This document shows positions 51,490 to 63,525 of a stretch of DNA of 64,000 bases, one piece after another (position 1 is the first letter of the stretch; every line of letters begins with the position of its first letter). A program made the position numbers and the translations under genes. Location: the NCBI GenBank assembly GCA_964016885.1, contig OZ024760.1, forward strand, positions 9,176,001-9,240,000, written 5' to 3'. This stretch comes from Eledone cirrhosa. Taxonomy: Eukaryota. The notes under the pieces were generated by a model that worked only from the letters and a program-made list of their open reading frames with translations, ran no database searches and was not told the DNA's origin.

Positions 51490-52022
51490 GAAGTTTAGGA
51501 AGCTGCTTCCTCTGTTGACAAAGAAGGGTTTCTCCCTGCGCACGAAAGGCCGGTTATATGATGCCTGTGTGAGATGCGTGATGCTGCATGGTAGTGAGAC
51601 ATGGGCAGCAACTGCAGAGGATATGCGACGGCTGGAGAGAAATGAAGCAAGCATACTCCGTTAGATGTGTAATGTCAATGTATGTTAACGACCAAGCAAG
51701 GATGAGTTGAGAGAGAAAGTGTGTATAAGAGAGATAAGTTGTAGTGTGTGGGAGATAAGACTGCAATGGTATGGACATGTGATGCGCATGGAGGATGACT
51801 GCTGAGTAAAGAAGTGCCAAGAAATCTCAGTAGAAGGAAGACGTAGTAGAGGTAGACCACGAAAAACATGGGCGAAGGTAGTGAGAGCAGACCTCAGATC
51901 GCTGAAGCTTACGTAGGATATGATGAAGGACCGTGACAAGTGGAGAGATGCTATGCTGAATAGGACCCGTCCCACCCTTGCAAGCAGGGAAAAGCGAACA
52001 TAAAATGATGATGATGATGATG
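51490..52022 (+). mobile_element. 3' fragment of the second RTE family, decayed
   Basis: KFRKLLPLLTKKGFSLRTKGRLYDACVR...; ends GGACCCGTCCCACCCTTGCAAGCAGGGAAAAG...(GAT)n. Confidence 0.88.
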
Positions 52023-52184
52023 AAGAAGAATCATATGTTAAGTTGCTATCTTAATAATGGAATAATTAAAAATTCTTTGTTAATTAATTGCAATAGAATG
52101 TATTTAATTAGAAATATTGTCATGAAAGGATTAAGAAACCTCTTTGTTATTGTCAACTATAAATATATTTTAAATTTATTTCAG

Positions 52185-52408
52185 TGTGGTGTCTGAGCAG
52201 CTAAGTCAAAGATATGACCCTCCATGTGCCAAATGTAAATACCACTCGACGCAGACTTTTCCTCGACAAAATGCTACTGTTGTTACAGCCTGGGCTGCCT
52301 CTGACCGCAACACCTCTGACCGGAATACCTCTGACCATTTCTATCACAGTACTTTATCAACAAACAGACTTATGAAGCAGTCTGTACCGATCTCCCATCC
52401 TGATTTAG
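52185..52408 (+). CDS. CEP350: CEP350-like exon: VVSEQLSQRYDPP...ISHPDL
   Basis: TTTATTTCAG / G|GTAACG, phase 2/1, matching both neighbours. Confidence 0.78.
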
Positions 52409-52580
52409 GTAACGTTATAGAAACATTATGTAACCCACTATTGTGTATGATAAAATTACTACCAGACTTAGTCCTAGGTTTGATATGGTTGACTAAACCT
52501 TTGAAAGTAAAGCTCTAGCAGGGTCACAGTCTAACGACTTAAATCAGTAAAAAGAATAAAAGAATAATATATATATATAT

Positions 52581-52979
52581 GGAAGCACATGGCTTAGTGG
52601 TTAGAGTATTGGGCTTGCAATCGAAAGGTTGTGAGTTCAATTCTCAGACCGGGTGATGTGTTGTTTCCTTGAGCAAGACACTTTATTTCACATTGCTCCA
52701 GTTTACTCAGCTGTAGAAATGAGATGATAGGGACTGGGGTCGCTATCATTCCACTGCAAAGTGGACGTGTAGGTGCCACGGAAAAAAAGCACCCAGCCCA
52801 CACTGTAAATAAGGTTGTTGTTAGGAAGGGCATCCAGCTGTAGAAATCAAGCCAAAATCAGTTTCTGTATGAGCAAGACAAGGTCAGCCGACCAGACACT
52901 GCCCACAACAGGACAACCCGTCTAACCCATGCTAGCATGGAAGAACGGACGTAAAACGGTGATGATGATGATGATGATG
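52581..52979 (+). mobile_element. SINE family 1, tail type B (full 3' end of the 20874 RTE LINE)
   Basis: Same head and core; last ~230 nt align with LINE 3' UTR 23370-23598. Confidence 0.88.
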
Positions 52980-53399
52980 TGTATATTTTTTCGATGATCG
53001 ATTACATAGATCGATTTTTAGCCACGCTCTCCAGGTATGAAATAACGCTATATGGTTACACTTATGATTCCACCTGTGTACATATTCTTCTATAGAATAT
53101 GTATTTGGTATATATACAAAATACCGTGTTTCTTGTGCGATATATGGCTCTTTCTCTCTCTATATATATATATACAAATATCTCTTCATTTGGTTATTAT
53201 GACTCTAGATAAAGTCTATTGAGCTCGCTTGTTGAGAAACACAAAATTCTAAACATATTTGATATGTTTTGATTCATTATTTGTATTCAACGGCTCCATA
53301 CCTCTTAACTTGTTGAGCTCGGTGGCTATAATTACCGCTCCTAGGCTTTGTTTACAAATGACTAGGGAATTTGAAAATTAGGTAGTAACAAAATTAGGT

Positions 53400-53822
53400 A
53401 TGTGTGTGTGTGTATATATATATATACATATATAGATATTTGTATATAAATAGGGAGACACAGAGCAGGCTTTCTTTACAAACGACTAGCGAATTTGAAA
53501 ATTAAGTAGTAACATGTGCTTACACCGTATTTGATTAAATAGAATTAGTCTGTTAGTTGGGATTTTAAAAAACCCTCTGATTGGAAAAAATGTGGGTTTG
53601 TGTCCCATGTACCTCAATACTCATCCTTTTTTTCCAATCAGAGGGTTTTTTAAAATCTCAACTAACAGACTAATTCTATTTAGTCAAATACGGTGTAAGC
53701 ACATGTTACTACTTAATTTTCAAATTCGCTAGTCGTTTGTAAAGAAAGCCTGCTTTGTGTCTCCCTATTTATATACAAATATCTATATATGTATATATAT
53801 ACATACACACATACACACACAT
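53400..53822. repeat. Long inverted repeat, ~190-bp arms, ~36-nt spacer
   Basis: Arms differ by only a few transitions; they include mirrored microsatellites. Confidence 0.92.
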
Positions 53823-54229
53823 ACATGTGTGTGTGTAATAAAAGACCGATAAGTTTCAAAAAGCTGGTACAATGTGGTAAAAAAATATAAAGGGCAAAGA
53901 ATGACAAATAAAACAAAACAAAGTAATGTTTTTACCCATGATATTTCAGGGTTATAATCCTCTTTTCAAATGTAGAGCTGAAACGGTTTAGAACCAAACG
54001 AATCATCGATATGTCCTGTTATCTGTTCTGTTCTCACCACCTTGGTCTTCCTCTATCACATCTTCCTTCCACTTGGAACTCCTCCTTCCCCTTCACCCAA
54101 CACGTGTTGTCTGTACCGATGCAATGTTCGTTAACACCTGATTGCTCTGATAGCCTAGCTAGTGTTTTTTTTCTTCTTTCTCCACTCACCTGTGTTCTTA
54201 CCTGTTGGCCAATATTTCTATAATTCCAG

Positions 54230-54337
54230 TAACTCGTCAGTGGTCTGCAGACTTGACCAGACTCCATGATCTTCGAGAATCAGCTGCTACTCTTACCCAC
54301 AAAATCAAGGAAATGTGCCAGAGCAGCAATTTTACCA
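54230..54337 (+). CDS. CEP350: CEP350-like exon: TRQWSADLTRLHDLRESAATLTHKIKEMCQSSNFT
   Basis: AATTCCAG / A|GTAAGT, phase 1/1; resembles recalled CEP350 RIEALKATAASLSSRIE helix. Confidence 0.82.
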
Positions 54338-54984
54338 GTAAGTACAGCCAGACAAATAGAAACCCCTCATTTCCATTTCATCAGGGTCGGATGCCATGCT
54401 TTGAAGCATAGAGTTACCTCCCTGTATGATCTGAGTTCAAATCCCGCCGAGGTTGACGTTGCCTTTCATCCTTACGGGGTCGATGAAATAAAGTACCAGT
54501 AATGCACTGAGTAATTGCTGGCCTTGTGCCAAAAGTAGAAACAATTATTGTCGTCATCTAGATCAGAGGTTCTCAAAGTGGGCTCTACCCCTTCCCCCAG
54601 GGGGCGTTGAGAAGGTCCATGGGGTGGGGGCGCTGCAATCTAAGGGTGGGTAGAGATGATATAATAGTATATTACATATCAAATGATACATATATATTGT
54701 AAAATAAAAATATATTTATTTATACATAGTATATATATTATTTATTATATACTAGCTAAGGTACCGGGCTTCGTCTGGGAGAACAGTTAAGAGACGACGG
54801 ATAAAAGAGAAAACAACTGTATTGGATGTGTTATCTGGTTTACAGTATGAGGTGAGACCGTAATGTGTGTGTGTGTCAGAGACCTAAAACAAAACAATCA
54901 TAAAACTTCCTTATTAGGCTGGGGGGGTAAACAGCCGATTAAATGGTAGCATTGGCCTTGGATATTAAATGTGAAATAACCAAA

Positions 54985-55163
54985 GCCAGTTTTTCAGCTC
55001 CAAAGGAAGTCATCTGAAACGCAGCAATATACCACATAACATTGCTTCTGAAGTGTTTAGCTTCATTAGTACGGACTGTAAGCAGTATATGGATAAAAGC
55101 TGGGGGGTCCTCTATCTGTGGAAGTCTGACATTTCCTCCTAAGCAACACATGCCAAGTATCAA
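54985..55163 (-). mobile_element. Helitron RepHel gene fragment
   Basis: GMCCLGGNVRLP...AKHFRSNV..Y.AAFQMTSFGA matches the conserved N-terminal Helitron block (MCCxxGKVxLP...F..NIR.YN..FQMTSFG). Confidence 0.75.
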
Positions 55164-55679
55164 AATCTTGTAGATTCGATATTATTTGAGATAGAGCCTT
55201 TACCACAAAAATACAATAGTATCATCATCATAATCATCATCATTGTTTAATGTCTATCTTCCACGCTAGCATAGGTTAGACGGGAATTGAGGCAAAATTG
55301 ATTGGGTGACCGTGTTTCGCTCGTATAGGACTGTATCTGGCAGGTTTTCTACGGCTGGATGCCCTTCCTAACACCAACCACATTTACAGTGTGAACTGGG
55401 AGCCTTTTAACCATGTTACCTACATGACCATTTTACAGCGTGGACTGTGTTTTTTTTTGTCGTGACACCTACACAACCTCTTTAGTTTGGACTGGATGTT
55501 GTGTTACCAACATAACTTTACAGAGAAAGGGTGGTGTTGGTGGGAGTGGGTTGGAGTGTATATTCGGTTAAAAGGTGCCTACTGACTGTAGGCTTAACTT
55601 TGATACAGTGAAGGTTAGAAATGGTAACTGAATTAGAACTCTGAAGATACTTAATATGTTCTTCCCTTTCACTTTATAG

Positions 55680-55745
55680 ATTTTACTGAAATACCTGAAG
55701 AAAGACCTGCTTTTGCTGGAACCAACACAGACCACAGTTTACCAG
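55680..55745 (+). CDS. CEP350: CEP350-like exon: NFTEIPEERPAFAGTNTDHSLP(G)
   Basis: CTTTATAG / G|GTAAAA, 66 nt, phase 1/1; forms LPGV with next exon. Confidence 0.75.
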
Positions 55746-55759
55746 GTAAAAAAATATCC

Positions 55760-55791
<32 letters not shown>

Positions 55792-55894
55792 AAAACAACA
55801 ACAACATAGTTTAGTATTAGTATAATATATATATTGTTAGATATAGTGTCAATATTGTTGTAGTATTGGTAGATGTATTGTTAATATTGTTGTA

Positions 55895-57124
55895 CGAGGG
55901 TGAGCTGAAAAGTTCATAAGCTGACTACAAAAGAGTGATGCTAGAGCTATGAAATCTTGCATGCATTAATTTCAACTCTTATCAATAACTGCATTGCTTC
56001 TTTCCAAGTAAACTGACCTCTGACTGTTCAACAAAGACTTCAAAAGTAACTTGTAGTGACTTCTATTGAAAAGGAACAAAATTTGGCATCGTGGTGTCAT
56101 CAAGTACTTGCAGAAAAAGAGTTTTGCTTCAAAGGACATTCATGCTGACATGATTTCTACATGACACTTTAGCTTTATCAACAGTACAAAAGTGGGCAGC
56201 TAAATTTAGGCGAGGAAGGGAGAGTCTTGAAAAAGACCCAAGGTCTGGGCGTCCTGCACCTGCCACCACTGAGGAAAACATTGATTGCGTGTTCACCACA
56301 TGGTGATTGACTATAAATCAAATAGCCAATGTTGTTAGCATACCCAGTGAGAGAGTTGAGAATATTCTGCACAATAAACTTGACATGACGAAGGTTTCTG
56401 CTCGGTGAGTGTGATGTCTTTTGACACTTCATTAAAACCACACCTGGCTGATCACATCACAGGAAAATCTGGTATTGTTTGAGGCAGATCCAGCTGGTTT
56501 CCTAATCCAGGGCGAGTGTTGGGTTCATCGCTTTGAGCCAGAGGCAAGGTGACAATCCATGCAATGGAAACACCCCCTCCTCACCTGCTCCAAAAAGGTC
56601 AAGGTCGTTTCATCTGCAGGAAAGGTGATGGCCTTAGTTTTAGGGGATGCAAAAAGCATTGTGTTTATTGACTTCAAAAGGGCCACACCATCAATGGAGA
56701 GTACTATCCCAACTTGCTGCCAAATGGCTATCAAGATTAAATGGCCAAGAAACCTTGTTTCGTTAGGACCATGTCTAGCACCAAAATCCTTCATTTCAAT
56801 GGCTGCTGTGCGTAACAGTGTCTATGAAGTGGGTGATCTCCCTCCCTATTCCCTTTATTTGGCCCCACCTCACTATCATCTGTTCCCCAACATGAAAAAA
56901 CACTTGGCCCGGGAACCAGTATTGTAGTGATGATGACGTCATATCTGTTGTGGATGACTTTTTGACCAACAGGTTGAAAGCTTCATCAAATGTATCCAAG
57001 CGCTGCAACACCGATGGAAGAAGTGCGTGGACCGTAGTGGGTACTCTGTTGAAAAATACATCTCATTTGGTCACATTCCATGAGAGTATCTTGGTCAGAC
57101 TTTGAACTTTTCAGCTGACCCTTG
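55895..57124 (+). mobile_element. Full-length but decayed mariner (Tc1/mariner) transposon, 1230 bp
   Basis: Imperfect TIRs CGAGGGTGAGCTGAAAAGTTCA / TGAACTTTTCAGCTGACCCTTG, TA on both sides; remnants SMQWKH, SAGKVMA, PPYSLYLAPPHYHLFPNMKKHL (YSPDLAP motif); multiple stops and frameshifts. Confidence 0.92.
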
Positions 57125-60100
57125 TAATATTGTTAGATATAGTGTTAATATTGTTGTAATATTGTTAGATATAGTGTTAATATTGTTGTAATATTGTTAG
57201 ATATAGTGTTAATATTGTTGTAATATTGTTAGATATAGTGTTAATATTGTTGTAGTCTTGTTAGATATAGTGTTAATATTGTTGTAATATTGTTAGATAT
57301 AGTATTAATATTGTTGTAATATTGTTAGATATAGTGTTAATATTGTTGTAGTCTTGTTAGATATAGTGTTAATATTGTTGTAGTCTTGTTAGATATAGTG
57401 TTAATATTGTTGTAATATTGTTAGATATAGTGTTAATATTGTTGTAATATTGTTAGATATAGTGTTAATATTGTTGTAATATTGTTAGATATAGTGTTAA
57501 TATTGTTGTAGTCTTGTTAGATATAGTGTTAATATTGTTGTAATATTGTTAGATATAGTATTAATATTGTTGTAATATTGTTAGATATAGTGTTAATATT
57601 GTTGTAGTCTTGTTAGATATAGTGTTAATATTGTTGTAGTCTTGTTAGATATAGTGTTAATATTGTTGTAATATTGTTAGATATAGTGTTAATATTGTTG
57701 TAATATTGTTAGATATAGTATTAATATATTGTTAGGTATAGTGTTAATATATTGTTAGGTATAGTATTAATATTGTTGTAATATTGTTAGATATAGTGTT
57801 AATATTGTTGTAATATTGTTAGATATAGTGTTAATATTGTTGTAATATTGTTAGATATAGTATTAATATATTGTTAGGTATAGTGTTAATATTGTTGTAA
57901 TATTGTTAGATATAGTGTTAATATTGTTGTAATATTGTTAGATATAGTGTTAATATATTGTTAGATATAGTGTTAATATTGTTGTAATATTGTTAGATAT
58001 AGTGTTAATATTGTTGTAGTCTTGTTAGATATAGTGTTAATATTGTTGTAATATTGTTAGATATAGTGTTAATATATTGTTAGGTATAGTGTTAATATTG
58101 TTGTAATATTGTTAGATATAGTGTTAATATATTGTTAGATATAGTGTTAATATTGTTGTAGTCTTGTTAGATATAGTGTTAATATTGTTGTAGTCTTGTT
58201 AGATATAGTATTAATATTGTTGTAATATTGTTAGATATAGTGTTAATATATTGTTAGGTATAGTGTTAATATTGTTGTAATATTGTTAGATATAGTGTTA
58301 ATATATTGTTAGGTATAGTGTTAATATTGTTGTAATATTGTTAGATATAGTGTTAATATTGTTGTAATATTGTTAGATATAGTGTTAATATATTGTTAGG
58401 TATAGTGTTAATATTGTTGTAATATTGTTAGATATAGTGTTAATATTGTTGTAATATTGTTAGATATAGTGTTAATATATTGTTAGGTATAGTGTTAATA
58501 TTGTTGTAATATTGTTAGATATAGTGTTAATATTGTTGTAATATTGTTAGATATAGTGTTAATATATTGTTAGGTATAGTGTTAATATTGTTGTAATATT
58601 GTTAGATATAGTGTTAATATTGTTGTAATATTGTTAGATATAGTGTTAATATATTGTTAGGTATAGTGTTAATATTGTTGTAATATTGTTAGATATAGTG
58701 TTAATATTGTTGTAATATTGTTAGATATAGTGTTAATATATTGTTAGGTATAGTGTTAATATTGTTGTAATATTGTTAGATATAGTGTTAATATTGTTGT
58801 AATATTGTTAGATATAGTGTTAATATATTGTTAGGTATAGTGTTAATATTGTTGTAATATTGTTAGATATAGTGTTAATATTGTTGTAATATTGTTAGAT
58901 ATAGTGTTAATATATTGTTAGATATAGTGTTAATATTGTTGTAATATTGTTAGATATAGTATTAATATTGTTGTAATATTGTTAGATATAGTGTTAATAT
59001 ATTGTTAGGTATAGTGTTAATATTGTTGTAATATTGTTAGATATAGTGTTAATATTGTTGTAATATTGTTAGATATAGTGTTAATATATTGTTAGGTATA
59101 GTGTTAATATTGTTGTAATATTGTTAGATATAGTGTTAATATTGTTGTAGTCTTGTTAGATATAGTATTAATATTGTTGTAATATTGTTAGATATAGTGT
59201 TAATATATTGTTAGGTATAGTGTTAATATTGTTGTAATATTGTTAGATATAGTGTTAATATTGTTGTAATATTGTTAGATATAGTGTTAATATATTGTTG
59301 TAGTCTTGTTAGATATAGTGTTAATATTGTTGTAGTCTTGTTAGATATAGTGTTAATATTGTTGTAGTCTTGTTAGATATAGTGTTAATATTGTTGTAAT
59401 ATTGTTAGATATAGTGTTAATATTGTTGTAGTCTTGTTAGATATAGTGTTAATATTGTTGTAATATTGTTAGATATAGTGTTAATATTGTTGTAATATTG
59501 TTAGATATAGTGTTAATATTGTTGTAATATTGTTAGATATAGTGTTAATATTGTTGTAATATTGTTAGATATAGTGTTAATATTGTTGTAGTCTTGTTAG
59601 ATATAGTGTTAATATTGTTGTAATATTGTTAGATATAGTGTTAATATTGTTGTAATATTGTTAGATATAGTGTTAATATTGTTGTAATATTGTTAGATAT
59701 AGTGTTAATATTGTTGTAATATTGTTAGATATAGTGTTAATATTGTTGTAATATTGTGAGATATAGTATTAATATTGTTGTAATATTGTTAGATATAGTG
59801 TTAATATTGTTGTAATATTGTTAGATATAGTGTTAATATTGTTGTAGTCTTGTTAGATATAGTGTTAATATTGTTGTAATATTGTGAGATATAGTATTAA
59901 TATTGTTGTAATATTGTTAGATATAGTATTAATATTGTTGTAGTCTTGTTAGATATAGTATTAATATTGTTGTAATATTGTTAGATATAGTATTAATATA
60001 TTGTTAGGTATAGTGTTAATATTGTTGTAATATTGTTAGATATAGTGTTAATATTGTTGTAATATTGTTAGATATAGTGTTAATATATTGTTAGATATAG

Positions 60101-61700
60101 TGTTAATATTGTTGTAATATTGTTAGATATAGTGTTAATATTGTTGTAATATTGTTAGATATAGTGTTAATATTGTTGTAATATTGTTAGATATAGTATT
60201 AATATTGTTGTAGTCTTGTTAGATATAGTGTTAATATTGTTGTAATATTGTTAGATATAGTGTTAATATTGTTGTAGTCTTGTTAGATATAGTGTTAATA
60301 TTGTTGTAATATTGTTAGATATAGTGTTAATATTGTTGTAATATTGTTAGATATAGTGTTAATATTGTTGTAATATTGTTAGATATAGTATTAATATTGT
60401 TGTAGTCTTGTTAGATATAGTGTTAATATTGTTGTAATATTGTTATAGTGTTAATATTGTTGTAATATTGTTAGATATAGTGTTAATATTGTTGTAGTCT
60501 TGTTAGATATAGTGTTAATATTGTTGTAGTCTTGTTAGATATAGTGTTAATATTGTTGTAGTCTTGTTAGATATAGTGTTAATATTGTTGTAATATTGTT
60601 ATAGTGTTAATATTGTTGTAATATTGTTAGATATAGTGTTAATATTGTTGTAATATTGTTAGATATAGTATTAATATTGTTGTAATATTGTTAGGTATAG
60701 TATTAATATTGTTGTAGTCTTGTTAGATATAGTGTTAATATTGTTGTAATATTGTTAGATATAGTATTAATATTGTTGTAATATTGTTAGGTATAGTATT
60801 AATATTGTTGTAGTCTTGTTAGATATAGTGTTAATATTGTTGTAGTCTTGTTAGATATAGTGTTAATATTGTTGTAATATTGTTAGATATAGTATTAATA
60901 TTGTTGTAATATTGTTAGGTATAGTATTAATATTGTTGTAGTCTTGTTAGATATAGTGTTAATATTGTTGTAGTCTTGTTAGATATAGTGTTAATATTGT
61001 TGTAATATTGTTAGATATAGTGTTAATATTGTTGTAATATTGTTAGGTATAGTGTTAATATTGTTGTAGTCTTGTTAGATATAGTGTTAATATTGTTGTA
61101 ATATTGTTAGATATAGTATTAATATTGTTGTAATATTGTTAGGTATAGTGTTAATATTGTTGTAGTCTTGTTAGATATAGTGTTAATATTGTTGTAGTCT
61201 TGTTAGATATAGTGTTAATATTGTTGTAATATTGTTAGATATAGTATTAATATTGTTGTAATATTGTTAGATATAGTGTTAATATTGTTGTAATATTGTT
61301 AGATATAGTGTTAATATTGTTGTAATATTGTTAGATATAGTGTTAATATTGTTGTAATATTGTTAGATATAGTGTTAATATTGTTGTAGTCTTGTTAGAT
61401 ATAGTGTTAATATTGTTGTAATATTGTTAGATATAGTGTTAATATTGTTGTAGTCTTGTTAGATATAGTGTTAATATTGTTGTAATATTGTTAGGTATAG
61501 TGTTAATATATTGTTAGGTATAGTATTAATATTGTTGTAATATTGTTAGATATAGTATTAATATTGTTGTAGTCTTGTTAGATATAGTATTAATATTGTT
61601 GTAATATTGTTAGATATAGTGTTAATATATTGTTAGATATAGTGTTAATATATTGTTAGATATAGTGTTAATATTGTTGTAATATTGTAGTAGTATTAAA
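57125..61700. repeat. ~4.6-kb AT-rich 32-bp satellite with shorter variant units; first degenerate units at 55815-55894
   Basis: Unit TATTGTTAGATATAGTGTTAATATTGTTGTAA. Confidence 0.97.
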
Positions 61701-61800
61701 TATATTGTTAAAGTGGTTGGTGTTAGGAAGGCCATGCCAAAACTGGAATTATTTCAGCTGAGCTTCAAATTTCACTTCTAAACTCTCATTTCTTCTCAAG

Positions 61801-61952
61801 GAGTGCAAAATATCCAACAGAAAGCAACAGAAGTATTTGAAAAGAAGGCAAAGGTTGCTGCAACATGTATTCAAGCTGTGTACCGTGGCTACACTGTACG
61901 TAAAAACCTCAAGTGGCTGAAACTTGCCGGCCAGACAGATTTCCGTGAAAAG
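61801..61952 (+). CDS. CEP350: CEP350-like exon containing IQ calmodulin-binding motif AATCIQAVYRGYTVRKNL
   Basis: TTCTTCTCAAG / AAG|GTAAAT, phase 1/0; IQxxxRGxxxR consensus fully matched. Confidence 0.85.
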
Positions 61953-62694
61953 GTAAATATTATTCCCCATAACCAATCTACTCTACTGCCCAAGCATGGC
62001 CAAATGATTAACATGTTCACTTTGCAATCATTAGGCCCTGGGTTTAATTCAACTACATGGCATATTGGGTTCACCCATGCCTTGAGAGTGAAATTGGGTA
62101 GACAGAAACTGCTTGGAAGCCTGTCACATTGGACTGTACCTGTAGTTCAAAGGACCAGCCTTGTCACACACTTTCTTGTACTGAATCTCCCTAAGAAATA
62201 CATTAAGGGTACACATGTCTGTGGAATGCTCTGCCACTTAGATGTTAATTTTATGAACAGGCCATTCCATTGATTAAACAACTAAAACACACGTTGAAAC
62301 TGACAGGTTCATCTAATCCAATATATTTAGTGTTAATTGATCTTTTAACCCTTTAGCATTTAAACCGGCTATATCTGGCCAGAATTCCCTCAACTCTTTC
62401 TGTTCAAACTGGCTGTATCTGGCCACTTATACTTATGTTAAGGTAATATTCTCAAAATAAATAACATCAAAATTTCATAGATTCAATATTAAGTGCACCT
62501 GAGCACTGTACACAATATTTTCATTATTATTATTATTTTTATGTGAGATAAAGTTTTTACCATGAAAATATAATAGTAAATATAGCGTAATGTAAGTTCT
62601 AAAGGGTTAACCCATCTCACCTCAGTGATCTATTTTAACCCATCTCACCTTATTGATTTACTTTAACCCATCTCACCTTATTGATCTATTTTAA

Positions 62695-62906
62695 CCCTTT
62701 AACATTTAAACCGGTTATATCCAGCCAGAATTCTCTCACCTTTTTCTGTTTAAACTGGCTGCTCATACTTATGTTAAGGTATTGTTCTCAAAATAAATAG
62801 TATCAAAAATCTCATAGATTCAATATTATGTGAGATAATTATGAGAGATAAAGTGTTTACTGTGAAAATACAATAGTAAATATAGAGTAACATAAATGCT
62901 AAAGGG
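62695..62906. mobile_element. TTAA-flanked ~210-bp MITE (piggyBac-type ends)
   Basis: TTAA|CCCTTTA(A/G)CATTTA ... TAAATGCTAAAGGG|TTAA; further copies at 62349-62606, 526-731, 3245-3430, 8325-8815 (with nested tail), 34093-34310, 48956-50380, 51249-51490. Confidence 0.85.
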
Positions 62907-62996
62907 TTAACTCATCTCACCTTAGTGATCTATTTTAACCCATCTCATTTTATTGATTGTTACTGCCATGTTTCATATTTGTTATTTCATCTTCAG

Positions 62997-63065
62997 GCTA
63001 ACAGATATATTGAGGATAATATGCCTTCTTCAAGTGATGAAACACAATCATCTGGCAGATATCAG
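62997..63065 (+). CDS. CEP350: CEP350-like exon: ANRYIEDNMPSSSDETQSSGRYQ; gene continues beyond window
   Basis: CATCTTCAG / CAG|GTAAAT, 69 nt, phase 0/0. Confidence 0.78.
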
Positions 63066-63099
63066 GTAAATGTAAACACTTTCTTATATCTATATTATT

Positions 63100-63525
63100 A
63101 TTTTTTCACGCTCAGAGTTGCTGAAGCATGGAACAAACTGCCTGCATCAGTTGTTAGCTGCCGAGACACTGCATCCTTTAAGACACTCATGCTTCCCGAA
63201 ATACGCCAAAACTACACCTGATGTACCCCTTCCATACACATGCACACATGTGTGTATCATGACTCGTGCACTGTTCATTTTCCTGATGTTTGTGCATTGC
63301 CCTATGTACTGTACATGCACTTTTTGATGAGTTGTGGTGCACCTGGGCACTGTACACAATATTTCATTGTTATTATTGTTATTATCATTATATCATGACT
63401 CATACACTGTTCATTTTCCTGACATTTGTACATTATTCTATGTACTATACATGCACCTTTGATGAGTTGTAGTGCACCTGAGCACTGTACACAATAATTT
63501 CATTATTATATCATTATTATTATTA
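63100..63525 (+). mobile_element. CR1-clade LINE 3' end with duplicated UTR
   Basis: FFTLRVAEAWNKLPASVV, near-identical to 17110-17220; UTR pieces also at 20560-20640, 48415-48582 and 62490-62540. Confidence 0.8.

Noticed and set aside
61759-61800. Alternative acceptor TTTCAG at 61758
   Set aside because: Less convincing than the 61800 acceptor, which has a pyrimidine tract and yields LPGV plus the IQ frame.
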